The position numbers and the translations under genes were made by a program. From Haloarcula sp. (GTDB taxonomy: Archaea; Halobacteriota; Halobacteria; Halobacteriales; Haloarculaceae): DNA of 64,000 nt. Numbering within the stretch: position 1 is the first letter of the stretch; each line of letters opens with the position of its first letter. This document shows positions 19,188 to 28,590 of this stretch, in pieces. Where the stretch lies: positions 16,629-80,628 of the forward strand of contig JBDGPY010000066.1 of NCBI GenBank assembly GCA_042219425.1, read 5' to 3'. The notes beneath the pieces were generated by a model. That model saw nothing but the letters and a program-made list of their open reading frames with translations. It searched no databases and had not been told where the DNA came from.

Positions 19188-20122
19188 TCGACGACATGCA
19201 ATCACCGCTGGTGACGGCGATAATTACGACGTACGACCGCCCGATGTACCTCGAAGCGGCGGTCAAGAGCGTTCTGGACCAGACGTACGACAATCTGGAA
19301 CTGATCGTGGTTGACGACCACTCACCGGTGCCAGCGGCGGACGTTCTCTCGAACGTCGACGTGGACGCTCTCGAGCGGACAGAGATCATCCGACACGACG
19401 AAAACCGGGGTGCAAATGCAGCACGGAACACGGGAATAGGGGCCGCCTCCGGCGAGTACGTCGTGTTTCTCGACGATGACGACCGATGGGTTCCGAAGAA
19501 GACGGCGAGACAGCTCAGGGAGTTCCAGCGGTCGGACGACGTAGGGGTCGTTTACGCCGGGGTATGGCGGTCAGTCGGCGACGACACGAAAGTTCAGATC
19601 CCACCGCACATCGAGGAATCCATGACGAAAACCCTCCTCTGTGAGAACGTCGTCGGCTCGATGTCAGTCGTCATGGTCCGGACCGACGTGGCGAAATCAG
19701 TCCCGCTCGACGAAGAGTTCCCCTGCTGGGCTGATCTGGAGTGGTATATCAATCTCTCGCGTGAGACCTCGTTTCAGTGCGTCCCCGAGCCGCTCGTTCG
19801 ATACGAGACAGATTCACCGGGTCGGCTGAGTCGTGACTTCGAGAAGACCCATCGCGGGTACGAACTCTTTCTCAACAGATTCGACCCGCTGGCGGCCGAG
19901 TTCGGACCGGAGTTCCAGCGGAAGATGCGTGGATGGGCCGCGTTCCGAGCGGGGAAGGGAGCTTTCCACGACGGCCGGTATGCCAGAGCGAGAGCGTTCT
20001 TCGGCAGGGCCGTTTTAGCGTATCCGCTGGAATCCGAGTTCTGGCAGTTCCTCTTCGCCTCCGCGGGGGGGCCACTTACCCATTCGCTGGGTCGAACCGT
20101 TGCTCCGCTCGCCGGGAAATAG
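19184..20122 (+). CDS. GT2 glycosyltransferase
   Basis: IITTYDR, VVDDHS, GANAARNTG, FLDDDD. Confidence 0.93.
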   Translation: MIDDMQSPLVTAIITTYDRPMYLEAAVKSVLDQTYDNLELIVVDDHSPVPAADVLSNVDVDALERTEIIRHDENRGANAARNTGIGAASGEYVVFLDDDDRWVPKKTARQLREFQRSDDVGVVYAGVWRSVGDDTKVQIPPHIEESMTKTLLCENVVGSMSVVMVRTDVAKSVPLDEEFPCWADLEWYINLSRETSFQCVPEPLVRYETDSPGRLSRDFEKTHRGYELFLNRFDPLAAEFGPEFQRKMRGWAAFRAGKGAFHDGRYARARAFFGRAVLAYPLESEFWQFLFASAGGPLTHSLGRTVAPLAGK

Positions 20123-20410
20123 GACCGGTCACGACCCCAGTACCTCGAAGACACGGTAGGATAGATATGGGTCTTCGTATCAGGCGTCGTCGGTAAGGTG
20201 TTTTTCATAAGGTGGTGAGAGACCGTGGTGTGGAGCGGCCCAATCAACGACGGGTTCACCCCCATACTATGCCCACTACGGCCACAAGCCGGTTAGCTCG
20301 ACATCAGAGGGCGTTCCTTTTATACCCCAGACAAGGTGTGGAACACTAAGAATTTTCTACTGTCTAATAGGATAGACATTACAAATACATTCGTATACGT
20401 GACCCGTGAT

Positions 20411-21523
20411 ATGGTTTCCAGTGTGGCTTTTGTTCTGGGCACCAGGCCCGAGATAATCAAGCTCGCCCCAGTCATCAGAGCCTGTAAAGACAAAGATCTG
20501 GAATATACCGTCATACACACGGGACAACACTATTCTGAGTATCTCGACAACGTATTTTTTGAGGATCTGGAACTCGGATCGCCGGACCACAACTTGGCGG
20601 TCGGTTCCGGATCACACGCCGAACAGACGGGAGAGATGATGGCGGGAATCGACAGGAAGTTGGACGAAGAACAACCGGACGCCGTTCTCGTCCAGGGCGA
20701 CACCAACTCCGCTCTCGCCGGCGGTCTGGTAGCGAGTAAACGGGACGGGGTACTCGGACACGTCGAAGCGGGGCTCAGGAGCTACAACAGGGACATGCCT
20801 GAGGAGCTCAACAGAATCCTCATCGACCATGTCGCCGAACGGCTGTTCGTCCCCACTGCGGACGCGGCTGAGTGTCTCACCGAAGAGGGGATCCCCGACC
20901 ACCGGATTGAGGTAACCGGAAACACGATCGTCGATGCGGTTACCCAGAACGCGGCCCTGGCTGCGGAAAAGAGTACCATCCTCGATGACCTGTCTCTCGA
21001 AGAAGGACAGTTCTCTCTGATGACCGCTCACCGGCCCGGAAACGTTGACGACAGAGAGCGGTTCGAGGGACTGCTTCAGGGCATCGCCCGCTACGCGGAG
21101 TTCACGGATACGCCGGTCATCTTCCCTGTCCACCCTCGGTCCGACGAGAAACTCTCCGAGTACGACCTGACTGTTCCGGATCCCATCGTGTGTGTCGACC
21201 CGCTGAACTTCCTGGACTTTCTCAACCTCGAAAACAAGGCACAGATCGTCTTCACCGACTCGGGCGGCGTGCAGGAGGAAACGTGTATCCTTGGGACGCC
21301 CTGTGTGACGATACGGGAGCACACCGAACGGCCTGAGACGCTCTCGGTCGGATCGAACGTCCTTGCGGAGCCGACTCCGGACGCCATCGTCGGCTCCGCG
21401 TTCGACATACGGAGTAACGCATCCGACTGGGAAGCGCCGTTCGGCGACGGCGACGCTGCGGAGAAGATCCTGGCGACGCTGACCCAGTCCGCCAGTGAGC
21501 CCACTGAAAAGGTGTACACATGA
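20411..21523 (+). CDS. wecB: UDP-GlcNAc 2-epimerase (non-hydrolysing)
   Basis: GTRPEIIK, HTGQHY, QGDTNS, HVEAGLRS, MPEE, TDSGGVQEE, TERPE. Confidence 0.96.
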   Translation: MVSSVAFVLGTRPEIIKLAPVIRACKDKDLEYTVIHTGQHYSEYLDNVFFEDLELGSPDHNLAVGSGSHAEQTGEMMAGIDRKLDEEQPDAVLVQGDTNSALAGGLVASKRDGVLGHVEAGLRSYNRDMPEELNRILIDHVAERLFVPTADAAECLTEEGIPDHRIEVTGNTIVDAVTQNAALAAEKSTILDDLSLEEGQFSLMTAHRPGNVDDRERFEGLLQGIARYAEFTDTPVIFPVHPRSDEKLSEYDLTVPDPIVCVDPLNFLDFLNLENKAQIVFTDSGGVQEETCILGTPCVTIREHTERPETLSVGSNVLAEPTPDAIVGSAFDIRSNASDWEAPFGDGDAAEKILATLTQSASEPTEKVYT

Positions 21524-22797
21524 GTACTGTCTCGGTCCACGGACTCGGATACGTTGGACTGCCGACGGCGGCGCTTTTCGCTCACAACGGGTATCAGGTG
21601 TTCGGCATCGATACCGACACCGACCGTCTCCGACAGCTCGAATCGCGGGGGGCCGATTTCAAGGAGCCAGAGCTACAGGAGTTCGTCAATCAGGCACTCT
21701 CAACCCCCGAGTTCGAACTCGGGCGTGAGCCGGTACAGAGCGATTACCACCTGATCTGTGTTCCGACCCCCTACGACGAGGACGAGGAGGAAGCGACGCT
21801 GACCTACGTTCGGAGCGCGGCGGAGCGTCTCTCCACACAGCTGCGGGCCGGCGATACCGTCGTCGTCGAGTCGACTGTCCCACCGGGGACCACCACGGAC
21901 CTCGTCGGCGGAATTCTCGCGGACAGGGCCCAACACTGTTACGATGAGATTAACCTCGCCTTCTGTCCGGAGACCGTCCTCCCGGGGTCGATATACGAGG
22001 AGCTCAGGGAGAACGACCGTATCGTGGGGGGTGTCGACGACGAGTCGACGCGGGTCGTCCGTGACCTGTTCGGGCCAGTCATCGAGGGCGAAGTGTACGC
22101 GGCCCCGGACGCGCGGACGGCCGAGTTCGTCAAGCTAACGCAGAACACGTTCCGTGACGTGAACATCGCGCTCGCGAACGAGCTGGCGAAGGTGGCACAT
22201 GACTACGACATCGAGCCGCGGGATGCGTTCGAGCTTGTGAACACCCATCCGCGCGTCTCGCTGCATCGTCCGGGACCCGGTGTCGGCGGTCACTGTCTCC
22301 CGGTTGATCCGCTGTATCTCGGGCACGGATCGGACGAACTCGATCTGGTCGAGAAAGCCCGCGAGACGAACGACGAGATGATTGAGTACGTCTACGAGAA
22401 GCTTCGGGACGGACTCGGCTCGCTTGACGAGAAGCAGATTGCGGTCCTCGGTCTCGCATACAAGGCTGGTGTCGGAGATACCAGAAACAGTCCCGGGAAG
22501 CGGTTCGTCGAGCGGATCTCGAACGCACCCCAGAAGATCGCGGCGGACGGCGGTGGGTCACCGTCGGAGGTCCGGGCACACGACCCGCACGTGGAGGAAC
22601 CAACGTACAGTCAGTACAGCCTGTCGGGGGCACTGGACGGTGCAGACGCGCTCGTGTTCATGACGGGCCACCAGCGATTCGAGGAAATCGATCCGGAGAC
22701 GATTACGACTCTGATGGACGGGAACCTCGTCATCGACGCAACCGACACCACTGACGAGAGCTGGGTAGAACAGGGGCTGGACATCCGAAAAATCTAG
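21520..22797 (+). CDS. wecC: UDP-N-acetyl-mannosamine/hexosamine dehydrogenase
   Basis: GLGYVGLP, CVPTP, ESTVPPGTT, FCPE, NTFRDVNIA, GVGGHC, GLAYK; ATGA-coupled to wecB. Confidence 0.92.
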   Translation: MSTVSVHGLGYVGLPTAALFAHNGYQVFGIDTDTDRLRQLESRGADFKEPELQEFVNQALSTPEFELGREPVQSDYHLICVPTPYDEDEEEATLTYVRSAAERLSTQLRAGDTVVVESTVPPGTTTDLVGGILADRAQHCYDEINLAFCPETVLPGSIYEELRENDRIVGGVDDESTRVVRDLFGPVIEGEVYAAPDARTAEFVKLTQNTFRDVNIALANELAKVAHDYDIEPRDAFELVNTHPRVSLHRPGPGVGGHCLPVDPLYLGHGSDELDLVEKARETNDEMIEYVYEKLRDGLGSLDEKQIAVLGLAYKAGVGDTRNSPGKRFVERISNAPQKIAADGGGSPSEVRAHDPHVEEPTYSQYSLSGALDGADALVFMTGHQRFEEIDPETITTLMDGNLVIDATDTTDESWVEQGLDIRKI

Positions 22798-22801
22798 TGA
22801 A

Positions 22802-22975
22802 ATGACCCGAAATCCGATCCACAGGGCTGGGAGGGACAGACCACCCGGCATGCGGTTACGCACCAGCGGTGAGACGACCCTCACGACCGACCCTCCCCGG
22901 CCTTCGGAATCGACAAGACAGTGTGAAACGCGGCGGAAAAGCGATACCTCCAGCGGACGGGTGATCGACGAATGA
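22802..22975 (+). CDS. Putative bridging micro-ORF, 57 aa (MTRNPIHRAG...VIDE)
   Basis: ATG 4 nt after the wecC stop; open to TGA overlapping ATG 22972; GGTGA just upstream of that ATG. Confidence 0.4.
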   Translation: MTRNPIHRAGRDRPPGMRLRTSGETTLTTDPPRPSESTRQCETRRKSDTSSGRVIDE

Positions 22976-23886
22976 CGAACCCACTGCGATACGTTCGCAA
23001 CGGGTCGGTCACACCACAGCGGCTCGTAGACGACCCCGCGCTCGTCCCGTTCGGTCTGAACAAGACGTATCACGCGCTCAGGCGAGGTGGTGAGTACAAC
23101 CCGGCCGGAACGGATATTTTCGCCGACAAAGACTGGGACAATCTCATCCTCCTCGATGCCTGCCGGTACGATACGTACTGTGAGGAAGTCGGGGCGGAAG
23201 TCGGCGCTTGCGAGTCCCGCGGGAGTGCGAGTAAACAGTTCGTGCGTGGTAACTTTGCCGGCAAGACGCTCCACGACGTCGTATACATCTCCGGAAACCG
23301 CTGGTATCTCAAACTCAGGGACGAACTTGACTGTGAGGTACACGCCTTCCACGATGTCGAGCGGGACGCCGCCGACGGGTTCGTTCCGAGTGCCGAGGCT
23401 GTCACAGAAGCGGTCCTAGATCTCAAAAAAACCTACCCCGAGAAGCGGCTCCTCATTCACTACATGCAACCACACGCCCCGTATCTCGGCGCGGAGGACG
23501 ACCCTTTCGAATACGAGCGTGACGGCGGGATCCGACAGACGGTCCGGGCCAACGAGATAGATGGCAGGGTCATTCCCGGAGCGTACCGTGAGAACCTCAG
23601 ATATGTCCTCGAGTACGTCGATGCCCTGATAGAGGAGCTAGATGGAAAAACGGTCGTCAGTTCCGACCATGGAGAGATGCTAGGGGACAGGCTCTCACCG
23701 ATACCGATCCGCTGGTACGGCCACCCCCCGGGAATCTACACCGATCCGCTCGTCACAGTGCCGTGGCACGTCGTGTCCGAGGGGCCGCGGCGGGACATCA
23801 CGGCCAGCCCACCGACACAGGAAATCAACGAGGTGGAGACGGACGAGTTAGACCGACAGCTCCGACATCTGGGCTACAAAGTATGA
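22972..23886 (+). CDS. Alkaline-phosphatase/sulfatase superfamily protein
   Basis: ILLDACRYD, SRGSAS, HYMQPHAPY, SSDHGEMLG, GH; C-terminal LRHLGY. Confidence 0.8.
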   Translation: MTNPLRYVRNGSVTPQRLVDDPALVPFGLNKTYHALRRGGEYNPAGTDIFADKDWDNLILLDACRYDTYCEEVGAEVGACESRGSASKQFVRGNFAGKTLHDVVYISGNRWYLKLRDELDCEVHAFHDVERDAADGFVPSAEAVTEAVLDLKKTYPEKRLLIHYMQPHAPYLGAEDDPFEYERDGGIRQTVRANEIDGRVIPGAYRENLRYVLEYVDALIEELDGKTVVSSDHGEMLGDRLSPIPIRWYGHPPGIYTDPLVTVPWHVVSEGPRRDITASPPTQEINEVETDELDRQLRHLGYKV

Positions 23887-23990
23887 GTCAGACAGCACCC
23901 GGCTCCGATTCAGTCCTCGCTCCGACGGGACTGTACCTCCGTCCCGAAACTGGGGGTTCGGCGGGTCCCGGCTCGGGAGGTGATAGCTGA
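23883..23990 (+). CDS. Putative bridging micro-ORF, 35 aa (MSQTAPGSDS...GGDS)
   Basis: ATGA overlap with the upstream stop, TGATG overlap with the downstream start, GGAGGTGA SD in its 3' end. Confidence 0.45.
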   Translation: MSQTAPGSDSVLAPTGLYLRPETGGSAGPGSGGDS

Positions 23991-25459
23991 TGGGACAGTC
24001 CGAGAAGCCGAACGTCCTCCTTCTGATCGCCGACTCGCTCCGTCCCGACCCCCTGTCATGTTACGGTGGGTCCGTGGCGACCGAAGCCTTCGACCGGGTC
24101 GCGAACTCCGGCACGGTCTTCGAGCGTGCCTACGCGTGCGCGCCGGGGACGGCCATCTCCCATGCGTCCCTGTTCTCCGGCCAATACCCGTCAACATCGG
24201 GCATCGACGGCCAGAAGGACATCCCCGAGTCGGTGCCAATGCTCGCCGAGCACCTCGCGGCCAACGGATACGAGACGTTCGGTATTCCGGGGCCCTCCCG
24301 GATGGGGTCTACGTGGGGCTACGACCGGGGATTCGACCGGTATTATGAGACCTACCTCGACGAACACCCGAGTTACGACGACCCCCTCGCCCTGGCAAGC
24401 AACGTTCTCACCCACGAGAACCGGTGGCTGCTGATTCGTGATTTCCTCCGCGCACTGACCGATGGCTTCGACAGCTACACGAACTTCAAACTGGAGCTGC
24501 TGAAACACCAGATAGAGACAACCCTGACGCCGCCGTTTTACGCGATGATGAACACGACGATAGTTCACCAGCCGTGGCGTGCCCCTCGTCCCTACATGAA
24601 AGATGCGACGCCCGAGTTACGGCGTCCGAAGGTGGGGATTCTCGAACACGTCCTCGACGAGACGCTGGCCATCGACCGTGAGGACGTGCGCATCGACCGG
24701 CTACTGGCCTGTGAAACGACTGAAGGAAAAGCTCGCGTATTGAACGACCCGGACTTTCTCCGGAATTCTGAACTCGAAGTTCTCTGGGCGTGGTACACGG
24801 CCTGCATCCGGTATCTGGACGACCAACTGGCGACGTTCCTGCAGTGGTTCGACGACCGCGGATATGCTGAGGACACGCTCCTGATACTCACGGCGGACCA
24901 CGGTGAGTGCTTCCTCGAACACGACCTCTGGACCCACAGCTACGGGCTCTACGACGAGGTGCTGCACGTCCCCCTTCTGATGCGCGGTCCGTCCGTTCCC
25001 GCTGGGGAGCGGGTGTCGGAGTTCGTCTCACTCGTCGACGTTTTCGACACCGTGTGTGACGTAGCCGGTCTCACCCCACCGGCGTCGACGGACGGGCGGT
25101 CGATGTTCCACGACGAGGCCCGAGATGCGGTTTTCGCTGAGTATGGCCCCTCGGAGGGAACACATCTGGAAACACTGGCCGACCCGGACGAGGAGACGCT
25201 CGCCAGACTCCGTCTCGGACAGAAAGGCGTCCGGACCGACGAGCACCTGTACGTCTTCCTCTCTGACGGAACGGAGGAGCTGTACCGGCGACCGTCCGAG
25301 GAACCCATCCCGGACCCGGACCCCGAGACGCTCGAACGGTTCCGAACTCGGCTTGACGACAAACTCGGGCTAGACTTCCAGTCGACGGCCTCGGACCCGT
25401 ACGAAGACGTTTCAGGTGACGTTAGAGCGAACCTCAAAGAGCTGGGGTACATCGACTGA
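23990..25459 (+). CDS. Sulfatase-like hydrolase/transferase
   Basis: PNVLLLIADSLR, PGTAISHASLFSGQYP, GYDRGFD, TADHGE, HVPLL; C-terminal LKELGY. Confidence 0.88.
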   Translation: MGQSEKPNVLLLIADSLRPDPLSCYGGSVATEAFDRVANSGTVFERAYACAPGTAISHASLFSGQYPSTSGIDGQKDIPESVPMLAEHLAANGYETFGIPGPSRMGSTWGYDRGFDRYYETYLDEHPSYDDPLALASNVLTHENRWLLIRDFLRALTDGFDSYTNFKLELLKHQIETTLTPPFYAMMNTTIVHQPWRAPRPYMKDATPELRRPKVGILEHVLDETLAIDREDVRIDRLLACETTEGKARVLNDPDFLRNSELEVLWAWYTACIRYLDDQLATFLQWFDDRGYAEDTLLILTADHGECFLEHDLWTHSYGLYDEVLHVPLLMRGPSVPAGERVSEFVSLVDVFDTVCDVAGLTPPASTDGRSMFHDEARDAVFAEYGPSEGTHLETLADPDEETLARLRLGQKGVRTDEHLYVFLSDGTEELYRRPSEEPIPDPDPETLERFRTRLDDKLGLDFQSTASDPYEDVSGDVRANLKELGYID

Positions 25460-25473
25460 GCGGGGTGCCCGGC

Positions 25474-27423
25474 TTACGGACCGGAGCCATCGGTGACCAC
25501 CCGTCCGTCGACGGCGATCAGAGCCCCGGCACTCGTCTGGAGAACTCCCTCGGGAGTACTGATGCCCGAACCGAGGTCCGGCGTGGGTGCCGAGGCACCG
25601 GCGACGCCGACGGTGATGGCATCCCAGAAATCAGTGTACTCGCTGTAGGTTCCAACGCCGACCCAGCCGGACCGTACCTGTGAGTCCGTCGTCTCAGCGT
25701 CCCAGGTGTCCGGTTCGGGGTCGCCGAGTTGCCAGACGCGGGCTTTAAGCGTGTTTCCGGTCGCCTGGAACCGGGCGGCGTATTCGGTCTGTTCCGCCGG
25801 GGTTCCCCATTCGACCAGTTTCTCTGACCCGGTGCTCGTGTACTTCCAGATGCCGAAGGCCCCTGCTCTGACGTTGAACAGGTAGGAGCTCTCGTCACCG
25901 TCGGTGCCACCGCCGCGGAGGTGGAGTCGTCCCCCCGAGGTGATGTCCTGTGAGAGATCGCTGATGCTGAGATACCCGAGGACTTCCACGTCCGCTGCCG
26001 TCCCGATGGCGTCCCAGGAGAGGGCGTGTCGGTCGTGGGTGGTCCCATCGAAGGCAAGCTTCTGTCCGCCCAGTCCGTTCGCATCCGTGACCACGGACCA
26101 GTCGTCCCCGACGGAGGACCACTGTGGCGTCCAGTCCGCCGGCGCGGCGTCGGTGTCGTACTCCCCGAAGACGGTCTGGTACGTCTGGGGTTCGGTTTTG
26201 GTCTCCTCGCTGTCGACGAACGCCCCAACATCGCCGGGTGCTGGAACGTTCAGCTCCGAGGATTGCTGGTTCACCTGGCTGTCTATCGATAGCGTTCCGC
26301 TGGCGTCGACGGCTGGCCCACCGTCGTTGCCGTGGTGATAGTACGTCCCGATCGAGACTCGGCCGTCGGATTCGTTGCGGAGCCCCTCGTTCCCGTTCGT
26401 GTTCTGGACCCTGAGCGTGTCCGCGGTGACATCGGCCGTGTCTGTCGGTCTGAACCCCCAGCGGTTCGATCCCTCCCTGTTGGCCCCGTCGACCAGCAGT
26501 TCAGTGATCTTGTAAGTCGCCGCATCACCGCAGCGGACGCCGTCGAGCCACGTCCCGATGAACTGGACCGTGTCGAACTCGATGGTCGTTCCGGACATCG
26601 CGGTGTCGCCGCCGCCGGTTTCGCGCCATCCCGAGTTGACCTGTGAGTCCCGGAGGTTCGCGTTAGCGAGCCGGAGGTACTTTGGCTGGCCGCCGGAGTC
26701 ACCGATCTTGTACCCCTGGACGTTCCTGTCGGCGTGCACATTCTCAATCTCGATGTACCCGCCCGAGACATCCATTCCCGTCCCACCACCCTTGTACCCG
26801 TTGTCGATGAGCAACAGGTTCTTCGCGTATACGTCGGGGTTGCTCGTGCTCCCGGCACCCGACCCGTTCGGATTGAACCCGTGTCGGTCGTTGTTCCGGC
26901 ACGTCACGTTCTCGATAGTGACGTGGCTTATCCCGCCGGCGGTACTCAGTCCCTTCCCGCCGGCCTCTTCGAAAATACAGTTTCTGATCGTAACGTCCCA
27001 GCCGCTACCGCCGTCGTAGATGTTGAACGCGGCGACGTTGTAGCCGTTCAGATCCCGGTTTACGGCCCGGTTTCCGCTGAACGTCAACTGTTCGATCGCC
27101 AGTCCGGTTACCGCAGAGGCGGAGCCAGCGTCGATGCCGGCAGTCCATTTGTTGGCTACGTCACCTGTCGGAACGTCACCCATCTTGATCACAGGCCCCT
27201 CACCGTTGGGACCGATGACGCCTCGGACGGTGACATCGTCCGCACAGCGCTGGAACCCGACCGCCTCTCTGCTGGAGGAGTAGACGAGATACGAGTCCTC
27301 GGTGTACGGGAACACGACATCGTCTCCGGGTCTCGAATCGCTGAGTGCGTCGTTTATCGCGTCAGTGTCGTCGTGTGAGCCGTCCCCGACAGCGCCGTAG
27401 TCCTGGACGTTCAGTGTAGCCAT
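25474..27423 (-). CDS. Pectin-lyase-like beta-helix protein with C-terminal lectin-like beta-sandwich; no signal peptide
   Basis: NVQDYGAVGDGSHDDTDAI start, G/N/D repeats, Trp-rich C-terminal domain (LKARVW, GWVGVG). Confidence 0.75.
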   Translation of the reverse strand: MATLNVQDYGAVGDGSHDDTDAINDALSDSRPGDDVVFPYTEDSYLVYSSSREAVGFQRCADDVTVRGVIGPNGEGPVIKMGDVPTGDVANKWTAGIDAGSASAVTGLAIEQLTFSGNRAVNRDLNGYNVAAFNIYDGGSGWDVTIRNCIFEEAGGKGLSTAGGISHVTIENVTCRNNDRHGFNPNGSGAGSTSNPDVYAKNLLLIDNGYKGGGTGMDVSGGYIEIENVHADRNVQGYKIGDSGGQPKYLRLANANLRDSQVNSGWRETGGGDTAMSGTTIEFDTVQFIGTWLDGVRCGDAATYKITELLVDGANREGSNRWGFRPTDTADVTADTLRVQNTNGNEGLRNESDGRVSIGTYYHHGNDGGPAVDASGTLSIDSQVNQQSSELNVPAPGDVGAFVDSEETKTEPQTYQTVFGEYDTDAAPADWTPQWSSVGDDWSVVTDANGLGGQKLAFDGTTHDRHALSWDAIGTAADVEVLGYLSISDLSQDITSGGRLHLRGGGTDGDESSYLFNVRAGAFGIWKYTSTGSEKLVEWGTPAEQTEYAARFQATGNTLKARVWQLGDPEPDTWDAETTDSQVRSGWVGVGTYSEYTDFWDAITVGVAGASAPTPDLGSGISTPEGVLQTSAGALIAVDGRVVTDGSGP

Positions 27424-27430
27424 CGGGAAC

Positions 27431-28000
27431 TCACCTCCGGATGTTGACCCAGACTTTGGGGACGGCGTTGATCGCGGCGCCGCTCTCGTTCGTTACCGTC
27501 ACCGTTACTGGTGACGACTTCGAAACCCAAGAAGTGTTATCGGAGGCGGTGGCGAATTCGTTCCCGGCGACTTCCAGCAACTGTGTCGAATTAGAGTCCT
27601 CATACACACGAAGCTTGGCGTCAGGTTCGGTGTTACCGGAGTCGACATTCTTCAGCGGGAACGACACGCGGGTCACCTCCAGTTTCTCGCTGGAATCGAA
27701 CATGAAGGAGTTGATCTCCTCGTCGACCAGTCCGTCCGCGTACTTTACGTAGTGCCCGAAATCACCACCACGTGCTCGAACAGTGTACCCGACGAGGTTC
27801 CACTTTGATCCGTCCCCGCTGTACGTGGCCCCGGAGTCGGTCGCGAAGTATTTGCTCCCGGCGGTCGGTTCGTAGTTCTCCAGATTCGCCTCGATGTCTC
27901 TGATTTCGACGTCACGGTCGAGCGCGTCGAAGTTTTCGTTCAGTGGGATATGCCAGTCCAGTACGCCTTCTGCCGGAGTGTTGTATCTATCGTTACTCAT
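27431..28000 (-). CDS. Hypothetical protein with a tail-fibre-anchor-like N-terminus
   Basis: Acidic 189 aa; YNTPAEGVLDWHIPLNENFDALD and ATDSGATYSGDGSKW; GGAGGTGA SD at its end for the downstream beta-helix gene. Confidence 0.75.
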   Translation of the reverse strand: MSNDRYNTPAEGVLDWHIPLNENFDALDRDVEIRDIEANLENYEPTAGSKYFATDSGATYSGDGSKWNLVGYTVRARGGDFGHYVKYADGLVDEEINSFMFDSSEKLEVTRVSFPLKNVDSGNTEPDAKLRVYEDSNSTQLLEVAGNEFATASDNTSWVSKSSPVTVTVTNESGAAINAVPKVWVNIRR

Positions 28001-28134
28001 TGGTGTAGATCTGCCGTGGTATTCGAACCATGGGATTGAACCGTCGTTATCGAAATGTGATATGAGAGCTCGGAAATATCGGTCCGATCAGCCGTCGGAA
28101 TGAACCGCTTACTCTCACATCGTGGCTCGTCCAT
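27997..28134 (-). CDS. Putative leader micro-ORF, 45 aa (MDEPRCESKR...DLHQ)
   Basis: ATG ~24 nt below AATAACGG (28158-28165); stop overlaps ATG 28000 (ATGA). Confidence 0.35.
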   Translation of the reverse strand: MDEPRCESKRFIPTADRTDISELSYHISITTVQSHGSNTTADLHQ

Positions 28135-28590
28135 GCGCAATTCAGGGAACAACAAGACCGTTATTAAGCACTATTATCATCTAACACCGGGGTATAGCTG
28201 TTTTACATCCGGAACTCGTCTTTTCTGTCTCGTTGGGTTACCGTTTATCAACAAATTACATACCAGTATTTTACTACTATCCGAAAACCGGCAATGTGGG
28301 CAGTCGGTTGGCGACTGGTAATTGATCTATACTTTTCCGAAAAGCAGTGTCACCTATCCGTCCGTCTTCGCGAGGAAGACCCTGTGGAAATGTGGGTACG
28401 GTAGAAATATCACATCTGAAACTAACCGCGAGTCAGGTCCGGACGAAGCTGATCAAATGAATGTGTATACCACATTTCTCACGCAGGTTGGCCCGCTGTC
28501 AGCGGACGTGGTCGCAGACAGACGGGTTCGGTCTCAGCGACGGTGGCAAAGGGGCGACTAACCAAATCACGATGACTGTTCACATCGATA

